A DNA stretch of 64,000 nucleotides from Cyanobacteriota bacterium (GCA_046045965.1 JBJOKS010000019.1:32001-96000); one strand, 5' to 3'; shown: positions 19,564-29,269, numbered from the stretch's first letter. Notes: generated by a model not told the origin, from the sequence alone. A program made the numbers and translations.

Positions 19564-20568
19564 ATGACTAAACCTAATACGACCGGGCTGAGTAACGAAA
19601 CGTCAAAAAAATTCAACTGGCCTGTCTGGTTTCCCTATCCTAGTTCTTGGTTAAAAGCCATTATTCTGGCTTTATTTTTAAGAGTTATTTCATTTGTATT
19701 TACTAATACGGGAGAGTTAGGCTTTAAAATTGCTAATTTTACCAATAGCCCAGAATTATTTATTATATTTTCAATCTTGGCAATCATATCTCCTATTTTT
19801 GTCATCACTTTTACCCATCACATATTTCATATCATTATTAGTCAATTTTTCCCTAGTATACAAGCCCCAGAAATAGGAAAACCCAAAGGATTTATACCAG
19901 GAATAGTAAGCATTTGGGAAGGGTTATATGGTTGGATGGCTATTTGGTTATCAGGACTAATATCATTTTTAATTTTGATTATTTTCTTTCCCATACTTGA
20001 TATAAATTTTTCTAAATCAGTTGAGTTTTATACAGATTTTGAAGAGGCTATAATAGTTATATTTGGAAGTATTTGGATTATCAATGTAGCTTTATTTTAC
20101 CAAATAGATTTTTTATTTAAAAGACGGCTATTAACCATATCATCAGAAACTGATAAATCAACAAATGAATTACCATCACCGCAAAATGTCAAGCATAAAG
20201 AAAAAGCTGATCATGCCAATTTTGTAGATTTAGAAATGGATAGATTGCGTGGTAGTATGGGATTAACTCAAATGAAAGGTAAGAAAAAATCACCTCCCAA
20301 CGCTCAATCATCTAACGAAGTTACAAAAGAAGATAACTTTCAAATAGCTGTTAAATTAGCCAAGAATGCAGCCCAAATAACGCGAACTGCAAAAACCAAA
20401 ACCGAATGGTATCAAGTAGGTAGAGAGTGGCAAAAAACCATAGAAATGCTCAAAACAGTACCAGTTTCTCATCCTAATTATGCAGTAGCACAAGAAAAGA
20501 TTATTGATTATCAAAAATATATTAACTACGCTCAAAAAATAGTTAATGGCAAACACATCAACAATTAA
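19564..20568 (+). CDS. Hypothetical membrane protein with C-terminal helical domain
   Basis: Four N-terminal hydrophobic segments; C-terminal A..LA..A...W..V...W..I..L..VP..HPNY..AQ.KI..YQ module. Confidence 0.8.
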   Translation: MTKPNTTGLSNETSKKFNWPVWFPYPSSWLKAIILALFLRVISFVFTNTGELGFKIANFTNSPELFIIFSILAIISPIFVITFTHHIFHIIISQFFPSIQAPEIGKPKGFIPGIVSIWEGLYGWMAIWLSGLISFLILIIFFPILDINFSKSVEFYTDFEEAIIVIFGSIWIINVALFYQIDFLFKRRLLTISSETDKSTNELPSPQNVKHKEKADHANFVDLEMDRLRGSMGLTQMKGKKKSPPNAQSSNEVTKEDNFQIAVKLAKNAAQITRTAKTKTEWYQVGREWQKTIEMLKTVPVSHPNYAVAQEKIIDYQKYINYAQKIVNGKHINN

Positions 20569-20601
20569 AGTAAACCTTAACTTCCCTATCTTTGTGCCTC
20601 A

Positions 20602-20800
20602 TTTCCAGGATTTAAGGATGAATAGGATTTGATTTTTTGCTACTTGGGGTGATAATTGAATATTAAATTTTGTCAGAATCCGGATTTCCAGGATTTAAAG
20701 ATGAACAGGATTTGACTTTTTTAATTTGGGGTGAGAATTAAATATTAAATTTTGTCAGAATCAGGATTTCCAGGATTTAAGGATGAAGAGGATTTGATTT
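20602..20800 (+). repeat. Tandem array of about 81-bp units built on the caggat dispersed repeat
   Basis: Three ttccaggattta(a)ggatgaa.aggatttga units separated by similar linkers. Confidence 0.85.
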
Positions 20801-20924
20801 TTTGTAATTGCTTGAATTGAAGGTAAGTCTTGTATATTTTATATATTTTTAATAATAAAACCGCTATATTTTGTTAATATTCCACCCCTCTATCCTTTTA
20901 TTCTTTATATTTTATTATTTATTG

Positions 20925-21085
20925 ATTATCAAATCCCGAAAATCAAAACAATAACCAACATCCTGTAAATCCTCAAATCCTGGATATCCTGATTCTGACA
21001 ACTTCAAAATTATCAAATCCCGAAAATCAAAACAATAACCAACATCCTGTAAATCCTCAAATCCTGGATATCCTGATTCTGACAA
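20925..21085 (-). repeat. Two identical 77-bp units (period 84) containing the inverted caggat repeat
   Basis: attatcaaatcccgaaaatc...catcctgtaaatcctcaaatcctggatatcctgattctgacaa at 20925-21001 and 21009-21085. Confidence 0.9.
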
Positions 21086-21093
21086 ACTCAAAT

Positions 21094-21119
21094 AAAAAAA
21101 GCCCGCACCTGCGGACTTT
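21094..21119 (-). terminator. Probable intrinsic terminator of desB
   Basis: Minus strand aaagtccgca-gg-tgcgggc followed by T7, just after the desB stop. Confidence 0.65.
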
Positions 21120-21142
21120 ATAAATCTCAACCTATCTAGGAA

Positions 21143-22219
21143 TTACTTAACATTCTCATGATGATAAGTGTGATAAACCTTAGCACCCTCATCTGGGACA
21201 AAACGGCAAACCTTAGCAGAATGCAATAATGCCTTCCAAATAGGAACTTCAGACTTGTAGTAATAATCGCCTAAAATTGGTTTAATTGCCTCAGTTGCTT
21301 TCAACAAATTGTAATGAGGCATATTCAAAAAGATGTGATGGGCAACATGAGTACCGATATCATGATGGATATGGTTAAAAATGCCATAATCTCTATCAAT
21401 GGTCGAAATTGCACCCTTTAAAAAAGTCCAGTTATCACCACGATACCAAGGTAATTCCTGTTCTGTGTGATGTAAATAAGTTACTAAATCCAACCAAATC
21501 ACAAACACAATGTAAGGAACAGCGTAGTATTTCAGCAACCACATCCAACCCCATTGATAAGTGAAGAAACTTAGCAAACCTACCATGCAAATCCAAAGGG
21601 TAGTGCTAGTGATAATATCCCATTTTTCTGAAGGTTTAAAAAGGGGACTTCTGGGGTCAAAATGTGAACCTTCCTTACCAGGAGAACGCTTAAACAAATA
21701 AATTGGATAAGCTAACAAGAACACATAGAAACGCCCTATTTTTTGTAATAAGGGCATTTTATTGTATTCAGATTCAGACACAGGATACCAGCTTTCATCA
21801 TTTTCCAAACTGCCAGTATTTTTGTGGTGAGTTCTGTGGCTAATTCTCCAACCGTGATAAGGAACAAGAATGAAAGTATGAGTGATATGACCAACCAAAT
21901 CATTTAGCCATTTATGCTTAGAAAAAGATTGGTGTCCGCAGTCATGACCAACCACAAACAAAGCCCAAAACATTGTTCCTTGCAATACCCAGAAAATTGG
22001 CCAGAAATACCAAGAATCTAGATAATGTGCAACTGCATATAAAGCAGCGACAATGGCAACATCACGGAAAAAGTAATAGAGTGATTTAACCACACTAGGC
22101 TGAAAACATTCAGCAGGAATAGCAGCTTTTAAATCTTGGAGAGTAAACGGAAGTTTATCTTCACCTTGAGATGATTCCAAGCTAGGACTTTGGTTGAACT
22201 GAACTGTATCTAATTGCAC
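21143..22219 (-). CDS. desB: Omega-3 (delta-15) acyl-lipid desaturase
   Basis: His boxes HDCGH, HRTHH, HVAHH; PFTLQDLKAAIP; probable GTG start at 22219. Confidence 0.95.
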   Translation of the reverse strand: MQLDTVQFNQSPSLESSQGEDKLPFTLQDLKAAIPAECFQPSVVKSLYYFFRDVAIVAALYAVAHYLDSWYFWPIFWVLQGTMFWALFVVGHDCGHQSFSKHKWLNDLVGHITHTFILVPYHGWRISHRTHHKNTGSLENDESWYPVSESEYNKMPLLQKIGRFYVFLLAYPIYLFKRSPGKEGSHFDPRSPLFKPSEKWDIITSTTLWICMVGLLSFFTYQWGWMWLLKYYAVPYIVFVIWLDLVTYLHHTEQELPWYRGDNWTFLKGAISTIDRDYGIFNHIHHDIGTHVAHHIFLNMPHYNLLKATEAIKPILGDYYYKSEVPIWKALLHSAKVCRFVPDEGAKVYHTYHHENVK

Positions 22220-22366
22220 TGGATTTGGTGATGTTAAAAAAATCAAGTTCGGGTAGACAATGTTCACTAAATATCGCAAACATTGAAATTTAGAAACTAA
22301 AATGATTTAATAAATTTTGATTAATTAAATCATTTTGTCATTGGTGGAATTATTAGCTAGAGACTT

Positions 22367-23425
22367 TTATCTCTGGGCGTAATATTCGTCAAAAGTTGTA
22401 TAACCAATGTCAGTTTTATAAAGTTGACATTCGTTAGTGATTAGTTTCATTAAATCCCAAGAGAACTTATATTCCTCATGGAGATATGGTTGCCAATTTT
22501 GTTTGATGCTGTCGTAAGCTAACCGCAAATTGTAGGAAGGAATAGCGGTAGAAATATGATGGGGAACGTGAACGTTAATATCATGACAAAGGATTTCTAC
22601 CCAACGAGGATAATCACAATGAACTGTACCGAATAACTGTGCCATAGCCTCGTTCCACTTGTCAGCAGTTTTAAAAGGAACATCTGGAAGAGTGTGGTGA
22701 ACAATAGTGAAGGTACTCATCCAGAAATGGTAAACCATCCAAGGGATAAACCAGAACTTAATAAATCCCCAAACACCAGTGGTAATAATCAACGTTGGAA
22801 AAACAATAGCTGCAAAAGCTACCACCACACCAACAGAAAGCTTAACATTAGCTCTATCTTTTGGCTGAAATTTTCGCGCATCAAAATGCACAACTGCCCA
22901 ATGTCCAATAGAACCTACCCACCACAGACGCTTCTGCATAAAAAATTGAAATGCAGACTGTCTGGTTTTATTCCAACTTTCAAAAACCTCTGGTCTGATG
23001 GGATGCCATGCGTTATCCTCATCTAATTTATTTGTATGTTTATGGTGATGATTATGTTTAATTCTCCAGCTGTGAAAAGGGTAAATTAGAAACATCATGA
23101 AAAAATGACCAACCAAATCATTTACCCAACGACGTTTAGCAAAAGAACGATGTCCGCAGTCATGTCCAATAACAAAAAATCCTGTTAAAGCAGTTCCTGT
23201 AAAAATCCATGCTATGGGTAGAAGAAACCAGGGAGAAATTGCTATAAAATAATAGCCTAATGCAGCCATAGATAGACTGAGAACTACAGTAGTCCAAGCT
23301 TTGCGGCTATTTTGTTGGAAACATTCCTTGGGCAGACTTTTGATAATATGTTTTAGTTTGATTTCGTCTTTACCAAGGCTTGTGGAGACGAAAGTTTCCT
23401 GGTTTTTGATGATTGATGTAGTCAT
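22367..23425 (-). CDS. desA: Delta-12 acyl-lipid desaturase
   Basis: His boxes HDCGH, HNHHH, HVPHH; HCDYPRWVEILCHDINVH. Confidence 0.95.
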   Translation of the reverse strand: MTTSIIKNQETFVSTSLGKDEIKLKHIIKSLPKECFQQNSRKAWTTVVLSLSMAALGYYFIAISPWFLLPIAWIFTGTALTGFFVIGHDCGHRSFAKRRWVNDLVGHFFMMFLIYPFHSWRIKHNHHHKHTNKLDEDNAWHPIRPEVFESWNKTRQSAFQFFMQKRLWWVGSIGHWAVVHFDARKFQPKDRANVKLSVGVVVAFAAIVFPTLIITTGVWGFIKFWFIPWMVYHFWMSTFTIVHHTLPDVPFKTADKWNEAMAQLFGTVHCDYPRWVEILCHDINVHVPHHISTAIPSYNLRLAYDSIKQNWQPYLHEEYKFSWDLMKLITNECQLYKTDIGYTTFDEYYAQR

Positions 23426-23610
23426 GAATACCTGAAAAACAGCAAGTCCTCCTGCAAAATCACTAGAAAAATGAGCTTGCAGCAAAGTTTTGTAACATTA
23501 ATTTCTGAGATTATAGCAACCTAAGAGTAACTTAGGGTAGGTAATCAGCAATTAAAATTAAAAATTAAAAATTAAAAATTAAAAATTTTAATCGCTGTAG
23601 TTGTACGCAA

Positions 23611-23659
23611 AAAGTCAATAGTTTAGCGTCCAAATTTTGAACATAAAACTATTGACTTT
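23611..23659. other. 14-bp inverted repeat between desC and desA
   Basis: aaagtcaatagttt...aaactattgacttt. Confidence 0.6.
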
Positions 23660-23675
23660 CAAGATAAACTATGCG

Positions 23676-24494
23676 TTATGCTTTTTTCTCTGCCAGCTTG
23701 ACATTTGTCGCTAGACCTAGCAGTTGGAGTAATTGAATAGTCATCCAAGTCATATCAATTTCCCACCATTCCAAGCCATGACGGGCAGAATACTGAAAAG
23801 CATGGTGATTATTGTGCCAGCCTTCACCAAATACCAGAATCGCCACCCACCAACAATTAGTGGAATTGTCACCAGATTCTGGATATGTGCGATAGCCGAA
23901 CTTATGGGTAGCACTGTTGACCAACCAAGTACAGTGGTAAACCCAGATAATCCGCACAAAAATTCCCCAAACGACAAAAGACCAGCCGCCTAAGAAAAAG
24001 AGTAGTAGTCCCAGGGCAATTTGTAAGAAAATGAAATTTTTCTGTAAAAACTGATAAACTGGGTCATCAATAATGTCTTTTGTGAAGCGAGGAACTTGTT
24101 CGTGAGCGGGGGCAAAATGAATCATCCAGCCCATGTGACTCCACCAGAAACCTTGATTGGAATCATGGGGATCATTTTCTGTATCTGAGTGTAAATGATG
24201 GATACGGTGTGTACCTACCCACTCAATAGGTCCGCCTTCACAGGATAAAGTCCCGAAAATAACTAGGAGATACTCCAGCCATTTGGGAGTTTGAAAACTG
24301 CGGTGGGTGACAAGACGGTGATAACCAAGGGTAATCCCTAAACCACCAGTTACCCAGTAAAGAAATAAAGCCACACCGACAGCTTTCCAGCTAAAGTTAC
24401 TAGGAACTAAAGCGAACATAGCTCCAATGTGTAATGCAACGAAAAATAGGGTGTTAACCCAGTTAATTTGAGGTTTAGAAGTAGCAATTGTCAT
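23676..24494 (-). CDS. desC: Delta-9 acyl-lipid desaturase
   Basis: GITLGYHRLVTHRSF, HRIHH, GEGWHNNHHAF. Confidence 0.95.
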   Translation of the reverse strand: MTIATSKPQINWVNTLFFVALHIGAMFALVPSNFSWKAVGVALFLYWVTGGLGITLGYHRLVTHRSFQTPKWLEYLLVIFGTLSCEGGPIEWVGTHRIHHLHSDTENDPHDSNQGFWWSHMGWMIHFAPAHEQVPRFTKDIIDDPVYQFLQKNFIFLQIALGLLLFFLGGWSFVVWGIFVRIIWVYHCTWLVNSATHKFGYRTYPESGDNSTNCWWVAILVFGEGWHNNHHAFQYSARHGLEWWEIDMTWMTIQLLQLLGLATNVKLAEKKA

Positions 24495-24603
24495 GCAGTA
24501 TCCTGAATAGAAATTTGTTCAGCCTAATCTGCGCGATTTTTCGAGTAGCTAGGCGCTACGCGCCATAAATCCGCATATCTATATTTTTTTGAATGAGGAA
24601 ACA

Positions 24604-25833
24604 ATGAACAGCATAGAAAAGCTACGGCAAGCAGAACAGGCACTATTAGAGATTTTTTCTGGTATTGACGCTCAGGTCAAGCATAATCTGAAACGGGTAC
24701 TCGATGCTTTTCGTAATCACCGTGTAGGATCACACCATTTTGCGGGTGTAAGTGGTTATGGACACGATGATTTAGGAAGAGAAACCTTAGATAAAGTATT
24801 TGCCGAAGTGATGGGTGCCGAGGCTGCGGTGGTGCGAGTGCAGATTGTTTCGGGAACTCATGCGATCGCCTGTGCGCTGTATGGTGTGCTTCGTCCTGGG
24901 GATGAAATGTTAGCAGTAGTCGGTTCTCCCTACGATACATTGGAAGAGGTAATTGGCTTGCGAGGGCAAAACCAAGGTTCCCTTATTGAGTTTGGCATAA
25001 AATACCGCCAATTGGAACTAACCCAAGAAGGAAAAGTAGATTGGTCAGCTTTAAGCACCGCCATCACCGAAAATACCCGTTTAGTCCTCATTCAGCGTTC
25101 CTGTGGATACTCATGGCGGCCAAGCCTATCTATAGCTGAGATTGAAAAAATAGTTCACATCGTCAAACAACAAAACCCCAACACCGTTTGTTTTGTAGAC
25201 AACTGCTACGGCGAATTTATTGACACCCAAGAACCAACCCACGTAGGTGCTGACTTGATGGCCGGGTCATTGATTAAAAACCCTGGTGGTACACTTGTTA
25301 CAGCCGGTGGTTACATAGCCGGAAAAGCTGACCTAGTAGAAGCAGCAGCTTGTAGACTTACCGCCCCGGGTATTGGTAGTGCGGGAGGTGCAACCTTTGA
25401 TCAAAACCGCTTATTATTCCAAGGGTTATTTTTAGCACCCCAGATAGTCGGGGAAGCTATGAAAGGAACATACCTCACAGGTTACGTATTTGATAAACTC
25501 GGATATCCCGTTAACCCCGCACCTTTAGCACCACGGGGGGACGTTATCCAAGCCATCAAACTCGGTTCAGCCAAAAAGCTAATCGCCTTCTGTAAAGCCA
25601 TCCAACAGTATTCACCCATAGGATCTTATCTCGACCCCGTTCCCGATGATATGCCAGGGTACGAAAGCCAAGTAGTCATGGCTGGGGGGACATTTATTGA
25701 AGGTAGCACCTTGGAATTATCAGCCGATGGACCATTACGTGAGCCTTATGTTGTGTATTGTCAGGGCGGGACACATTGGACTCATGTATCTTTGGCGTTA
25801 CAGGCAGCTATTGAGGCTGTAGGAGAAGTATAA
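24604..25833 (+). CDS. PLP-dependent methionine gamma-lyase family / aluminium-resistance (YnbB-like) protein
   Basis: GYGHDDLGR, SGTHAI, FVDNCYGEF, GSLIKNPGG, MAGGTFIEGSTLELSADGP. Confidence 0.9.
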   Translation: MNSIEKLRQAEQALLEIFSGIDAQVKHNLKRVLDAFRNHRVGSHHFAGVSGYGHDDLGRETLDKVFAEVMGAEAAVVRVQIVSGTHAIACALYGVLRPGDEMLAVVGSPYDTLEEVIGLRGQNQGSLIEFGIKYRQLELTQEGKVDWSALSTAITENTRLVLIQRSCGYSWRPSLSIAEIEKIVHIVKQQNPNTVCFVDNCYGEFIDTQEPTHVGADLMAGSLIKNPGGTLVTAGGYIAGKADLVEAAACRLTAPGIGSAGGATFDQNRLLFQGLFLAPQIVGEAMKGTYLTGYVFDKLGYPVNPAPLAPRGDVIQAIKLGSAKKLIAFCKAIQQYSPIGSYLDPVPDDMPGYESQVVMAGGTFIEGSTLELSADGPLREPYVVYCQGGTHWTHVSLALQAAIEAVGEV

Positions 25834-25838
25834 GAAGA

Positions 25839-26345
25839 GTTTCGCGCAAAGACGCTAAGGAGCAAAGGCGCGAAGGAAGAGAAGGAAGAGAAGGAGGAGT
25901 TTAAAGTTTGTTAGCTATGCGTTTGATACCGTCTTTGATGAGGACTTCACCAAAGTTGATGAGTAGGCCAAGGCGTTTATTGGCAAGGGTGAGATAGGTA
26001 ATGAGTTGTTTTTTGTGGACGGGGTGTAGGGTGTCTAAGGATTTAATTTCAATGATGACTTTGTTTTCAACTATGATGTCTGCCCTAAAACCTTCCTGTA
26101 AATGAACACTCTCATAAACTACAGGTATTGGTTGTTGCCTTGCTACCTGTAAACCTCTACTCTCCAACTCCTAGGCCAAAATAGTCTCATACACAGATTC
26201 AAACAACCCAGGTCCTCACCTAGTATGAATCTTGTACGCAGCATCAACAATCTGAGTTGCTATTTCATTCTCCGTCATCTTCATATCCTTCTTCTTACTT
26301 TGTATCTTCTTCTTACCTTTGCTCCTCTGCGCCTTTGCGCGAAAC
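25839..26345. mobile_element. GxxExxY cassette bounded by about 30-bp inverted repeats
   Basis: gtttcgcgcaaagacgctaaggagcaaagg at 25839 and an inverted copy ending at 26345 (27/30 identical); fills the whole gap between convergent genes. Confidence 0.6.
25901..26278 (-). pseudogene. GxxExxY family protein (PD-(D/E)XK-like) with two in-frame stops
   Basis: MTENEIATQIVDAAYKIHTR*GPGLFESVYETILA*ELESRGL...RADIIVENKVIIEIKS...GLLINFG; TGA at 26216-26218 and TAG at 26171-26173. Confidence 0.9.
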
Positions 26346-26346
26346 C

Positions 26347-27546
26347 TTATTCCGGTAATTTATACTGCGCTACGATCCGCTTGGCAAATTCTGGTACATG
26401 ATCTGCCAATTTCTCTGGATGATTCCGTTTAACATATAAGTAATTTCTTGTAAAGTGGGAATCCATCGAAAATTTCCCATATTCCAGTCCTTGTGGTCCG
26501 ATTTTATCTATGACGACTCCCATTAATTTTGCTACCCACATGGGTAAGGTGACGGCTTTATCGTAGGCTTCTATTCCTTGTTGTACGGCGGCTTTTCTGT
26601 CTCCTTTGGACATCACTGGTTGGGTGTGGAGTTGGTCTTTTACCAGTTCGAGCATTTCTTTCCCGGTATCATTTCTCACTACTATCCATTGCCAGTTGAA
26701 AGGTGCGCCCATGTATCCTACTACTATGTCTGCTAGGGAGTTGACGTAATCAAAGCAACTCATACATGATGGGGCGAAGATGTCTTTTAGTACGTTGGTT
26801 TTTAAGCCAAAGAAGGGTACTTTTTCTTCTGATCCATCTTCATGTTTAAAATGTACCCGGAAGTCTTGCATAAATTCGTAACTAACTACGGTTTCGGGGG
26901 ATCTGCTGGTGGTTTCTAGGAATTTTTGCAGTCCGGCGCGGGTAACGTTATCTACGCATGGTGTACCCAGGACATAGAGTTTTTCTAGTCCGAGTTTTTT
27001 CTCAACAGCGCGTAATGCTTGGATTTGACACCCTACTCCGATGACTAATAACCGCTTCATTCCCGATTTTTCGATTTCTTCTAATACGGAAAGGTTGGGG
27101 GATAGGGTAGGTTTGTTTACTTTGGCAGCTAGTATTTCTTCGGGGGTGCGGGCGATGATGGGCATGGGTTGAAAGCGGTCTTCTTTGGTGTTTTGGACAC
27201 AGACTACGCCTTCGACTAAGCCCCGGTTGAGCATTTCTATGGCGATGGTGCTGACTATTCCTGTCCATTGTGCGCCTTCTATGGGTTGTTGTTTTCTGGC
27301 GGCTATCATTTCTTGATGTACGCCAAAATAAAGTTCGTTGTCGTCTTCTAGGTTGCGGGGGCGGTTATGGGTGGTGGTTTCTAGTTCGTCTATTCTTTGG
27401 GTGATGAAGGCGCACGCTTCTTTGACGTAGTGGATATAGTAGGTGTCGCATAGTCCGCATTCGCTACAAAGTTCTTTGGCGGGGCGCACGCTTCCGGGTT
27501 TGAGGGCTTTGGCTTTTTTGTGTTTGCTAGAATCTATGGTAGTCAT
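26347..27546 (-). CDS. bciB: Ferredoxin-dependent 8-vinyl (divinyl chlorophyllide) reductase, FrhB family
   Basis: CSECGLC, GAQWTGIVS, GVGCQ, LGTPCVDN, SCMSCFDY, VVGYMGAP. Confidence 0.9.
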   Translation of the reverse strand: MTTIDSSKHKKAKALKPGSVRPAKELCSECGLCDTYYIHYVKEACAFITQRIDELETTTHNRPRNLEDDNELYFGVHQEMIAARKQQPIEGAQWTGIVSTIAIEMLNRGLVEGVVCVQNTKEDRFQPMPIIARTPEEILAAKVNKPTLSPNLSVLEEIEKSGMKRLLVIGVGCQIQALRAVEKKLGLEKLYVLGTPCVDNVTRAGLQKFLETTSRSPETVVSYEFMQDFRVHFKHEDGSEEKVPFFGLKTNVLKDIFAPSCMSCFDYVNSLADIVVGYMGAPFNWQWIVVRNDTGKEMLELVKDQLHTQPVMSKGDRKAAVQQGIEAYDKAVTLPMWVAKLMGVVIDKIGPQGLEYGKFSMDSHFTRNYLYVKRNHPEKLADHVPEFAKRIVAQYKLPE

Positions 27547-27600
27547 ATATTTTGTTTGTTTTACTCAAATATTGCTTTTATTACCTTACCGTTACAAGCT

Positions 27601-27807
27601 ATGAACTTGAAGATTGAGATTGAACAAGAGGAAGACGGGCGTTTTATTGCTGAGGTGATTGATATTCCCGGTGTTTTGGCCTATGGAAATACAAGACAGG
27701 AAGCAGTAGCCAAGGTTCAGGCTTTGGCTTTGCGAGTATTAGCGGATAAATTGGAACATGGTGAAGTACACTCAGATTTATTTAGTGTTTCTTTTGCAGC
27801 AGCATGA
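27601..27807 (+). CDS. HicB-family antitoxin
   Basis: IEIEQEEDGRFIAEV..IPGVLAYG.T..EA. Confidence 0.9.
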   Translation: MNLKIEIEQEEDGRFIAEVIDIPGVLAYGNTRQEAVAKVQALALRVLADKLEHGEVHSDLFSVSFAAA

Positions 27808-28016
27808 GTCAATGGTCTAGTCAAAAAGCAAAGCGTGTTTTAGCCGCCTTGTTGCGTATTGGATGGGAAATCAAACGTCAATCAGGTTCACACAAAATTC
27901 TGTCACGTCCTGATTGGGATGATTTCATTTTTGCATTTCATGATAATGAAGAGATAGGTCCGAGAATGTTAGCAAGAATCAGTAAACTTACTGGTTTAAC
28001 TCCTGATGATTTGTGA
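27804..28016 (+). CDS. HicA-family mRNA interferase toxin
   Basis: L.RIGW..KRQSGSH; ATGA overlap with the antitoxin. Confidence 0.9.
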   Translation: MSQWSSQKAKRVLAALLRIGWEIKRQSGSHKILSRPDWDDFIFAFHDNEEIGPRMLARISKLTGLTPDDL

Positions 28017-28126
28017 TGTGGATTCCTTTATAATTTTCTGTATTTTATAGTTTATTGATAAAGGAATTGACATTTTCAAGCCTTTTAACTTAGAATTTAG
28101 CTTGTTATTTTATTAACCTCTTACAC

Positions 28127-28393
28127 ATGAAAGATAACATTTTTGACTTTCTGAAGAGATACAGTGCAGAAGATATTAGTGAAACCATTTCCATGTACAA
28201 GTTATTTGGCGGATTTTTGTTTGTATTTGCACTTTATTCTGCGGCATTTTGGTTAGTTCCTCAGTCAGAAATACTAAATGAACTTGTTTTTGGGATAAAG
28301 GTCACTAATGCATTAGGTACTTTTATTCTATCAACTATAACTTTTCTTTTCATAATTCTATTTGTCGGTAAGAAGAACCCGTCTAATCTGTAA
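28127..28393 (+). CDS. Small hypothetical membrane protein (2 TM)
   Basis: 88-aa ORF with two hydrophobic helices, followed by a terminator. Confidence 0.55.
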   Translation: MKDNIFDFLKRYSAEDISETISMYKLFGGFLFVFALYSAAFWLVPQSEILNELVFGIKVTNALGTFILSTITFLFIILFVGKKNPSNL

Positions 28394-28424
28394 AATTTAT
28401 CCACTTATGAATTTTTGCTTAATC

Positions 28425-28455
28425 AACCCTTCGATTAATTTATCGAGGGTTTTTT
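28425..28455 (+). terminator. Intrinsic terminator
   Basis: aacccttcgat-taattt-atcgagggtt followed by a T-run. Confidence 0.7.
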
Positions 28456-28532
28456 GCTGTTAAAATACATCTTTCATTATCCCACAAAACCGCCTGATAA
28501 TTAATTCTCATAATGATCGCTGTTTCAAAAAA

Positions 28533-28550
28533 TATGCTATATTTAGCATA
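28533..28550. promoter_or_regulatory. Palindromic operator candidate for the TA operon
   Basis: TATGCTA-tatt-TAGCATA overlapping a CATAAT -10-like hexamer about 20 bp upstream of the toxin start. Confidence 0.55.
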
Positions 28551-28571
28551 ATCAGGATATAAGTCAGACAA

Positions 28572-28937
28572 TTGCAAACAGAACCTATAAAACCACTGCA
28601 ATGGGTAGGAAGTTCTCTAGAAGACCTCAAAAAATTTCCTGAAGAGGTACAAGGAGAAATAGGATATGCGTTATATTTAGCCCAAATGGGTGAAAAACAT
28701 CCTCATACTAAACCCTTAAAAGGATTTAAAGGAGCAAGTGTATTAGAAGTTGTAGAAGATTTTGATGGAGATACCTATAGAGCTATTTATACTGTGAAAT
28801 TAGCAAAAGCAGTTTATGTTCTTCATGTTTTTCAGAAAAAATCAAAACATGGTATTGCTACACCAAAACAAGATATTGATTTGATTGAAGCAAGACTGAA
28901 AAAAGCTAAAGAACATCATGATCAAATAAATCAATAA
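28572..28937 (+). CDS. RelE/ParE-superfamily toxin, Gp49/HigB-like
   Basis: WVGSSLEDL..FP, GYAL..AQ.G, KPLKG, YRAIYTV, VLHVFQKKS. Confidence 0.9.
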   Translation: MQTEPIKPLQWVGSSLEDLKKFPEEVQGEIGYALYLAQMGEKHPHTKPLKGFKGASVLEVVEDFDGDTYRAIYTVKLAKAVYVLHVFQKKSKHGIATPKQDIDLIEARLKKAKEHHDQINQ

Positions 28938-28951
28938 AACCCAGGAGAATT

Positions 28952-29269
28952 ATGTCAGAAAATATCGAAATTAAACCCAGTAGTGGTAATGTATTTGCTG
29001 ATTTAGGATTACCAAATGCTGATGAAATGTTAGTAAAAGCAGAACTAGCTCGGAAAATTAGTCAAGCTATTACCGCACGGGGATTAACTCAAGTTGAAGC
29101 TGCGGAATTATTAGGAATTGATCAACCAAAAGTTTCTGCTTTAATCAGAGGAAGATTAACAGGTTTTTCTTTAGAAAGAATGTTTAAATTTCTCAATGCT
29201 TTTGATAGTGATATAGAAATTATAGTAAAACCTAAATCTAGTCATAATGCACGGATTATTGTTAAGTAA
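28952..29269 (+). CDS. XRE-family HTH antitoxin (HigA-like)
   Basis: SSGNVFADLG, LTQ.EAA.LLGIDQPKVS, FSLER. Confidence 0.9.
   Translation: MSENIEIKPSSGNVFADLGLPNADEMLVKAELARKISQAITARGLTQVEAAELLGIDQPKVSALIRGRLTGFSLERMFKFLNAFDSDIEIIVKPKSSHNARIIVK

Noticed and set aside
20602..21085. Regularly spaced repeats of about 40 bp resembling a CRISPR array
   Set aside because: The intervening sequences are near-identical to each other rather than unique spacers, the repeat occurs dispersed in both orientations elsewhere, and there are no cas genes
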